The position numbers were made by a program, and so were the translations under genes. Of a stretch of DNA of 15,882 nucleotides, positions 15,789 through 15,882 are shown one piece after another. The stretch is from an uncultured bacterium (GTDB lineage: Bacteria > Caldisericota > Caldisericia > B22-G15), in NCBI GenBank assembly GCA_965612865.1, contig CBFDTJ010000032.1, positions 1-15,882 on the forward strand. The letters are read 5' to 3'. The number at the start of each line of letters is the position of its first letter. Position 1 is the first letter of the stretch. The notes under the pieces were generated by a model. The model saw only the letters and a list, made by a program, of their open reading frames with translations. It made no database searches and had not been told where the DNA came from.

Positions 15789-15881
15789 TTAGCTTGAGAG
15801 TCCAAAAATCAAATCCTTTTTTATATCATTTAATTTTAGAGAATATAAATTAAATTCTGGAAAGTGTCTTTTTATACTTTC
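15789..15881 (-). CDS. Possible 3' end of a gene entering from beyond the window
   Basis: One frame is open from the window edge: ESIKRHFPEFNLYSLKLNDIKKDLIFGLSS*. At 30 codons it is too short to identify. Confidence 0.3.
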   Translation of the reverse strand, partial: ESIKRHFPEFNLYSLKLNDIKKDLIFGLSS

Positions 15882-15882
15882 C

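Noticed and set aside
15693..15803. Second short minus-strand open frame (LDSQAKIKLSLYLEQVQKLLESLSGKRHQFFLAITLL) as a possible pseudogene fragment
   Set aside because: Under 40 codons with no recognisable homology; not supportable without a search.
15859..15882. Inverted repeat GGAAAGT...ACTTTCC at the window end
   Set aside because: Only 7 perfect base pairs and the downstream context is missing, so terminator, chance and edge artefact cannot be told apart.
1..15882. CRISPR arrays, tRNA/rRNA genes, integrases or insertion sequences
   Set aside because: None seen. The intergenic gaps are short and are accounted for by promoters, terminators and the riboswitch.

Overview
Low-GC bacterial contig end, mostly housekeeping genes on the minus strand. 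Bases 3-68 are not genomic: they are a complete Illumina Nextera P7/i7 adapter that truncates the first gene and gives it a false C-terminus (CLLYTSPSPRD). Minus-strand units from the right: (i) a secreted 811-aa multidomain metallophosphoesterase with its own promoter and terminator; (ii) secD-secF-apt, then a terminator; (iii) rel-dtd; (iv) mscS-like channel, PflX-like radical SAM enzyme, SDR oxidoreductase; (v) FMN riboswitch, ECF S-component (RibU-like), TIGR03960-like radical SAM enzyme and its TIGR03936-like partner. The only plus-strand block is a ~69-aa ORF overlapping a MenT1/AbiEii-like nucleotidyltransferase (candidate toxin-antitoxin pair), followed by mtnA. Best leads: the candidate MenAT-like pair with an unrecognised, probably leaderless partner; the phosphoesterase with an apparently circularly permuted GATase-like domain, altered metal ligands and an archaeal-type C-terminal domain; a riboswitch-controlled ribU overlapping the radical SAM pair; and a Rel protein apparently missing most of its helical (AH) domain. 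Family assignments come from motif recognition by eye; no database search was run.
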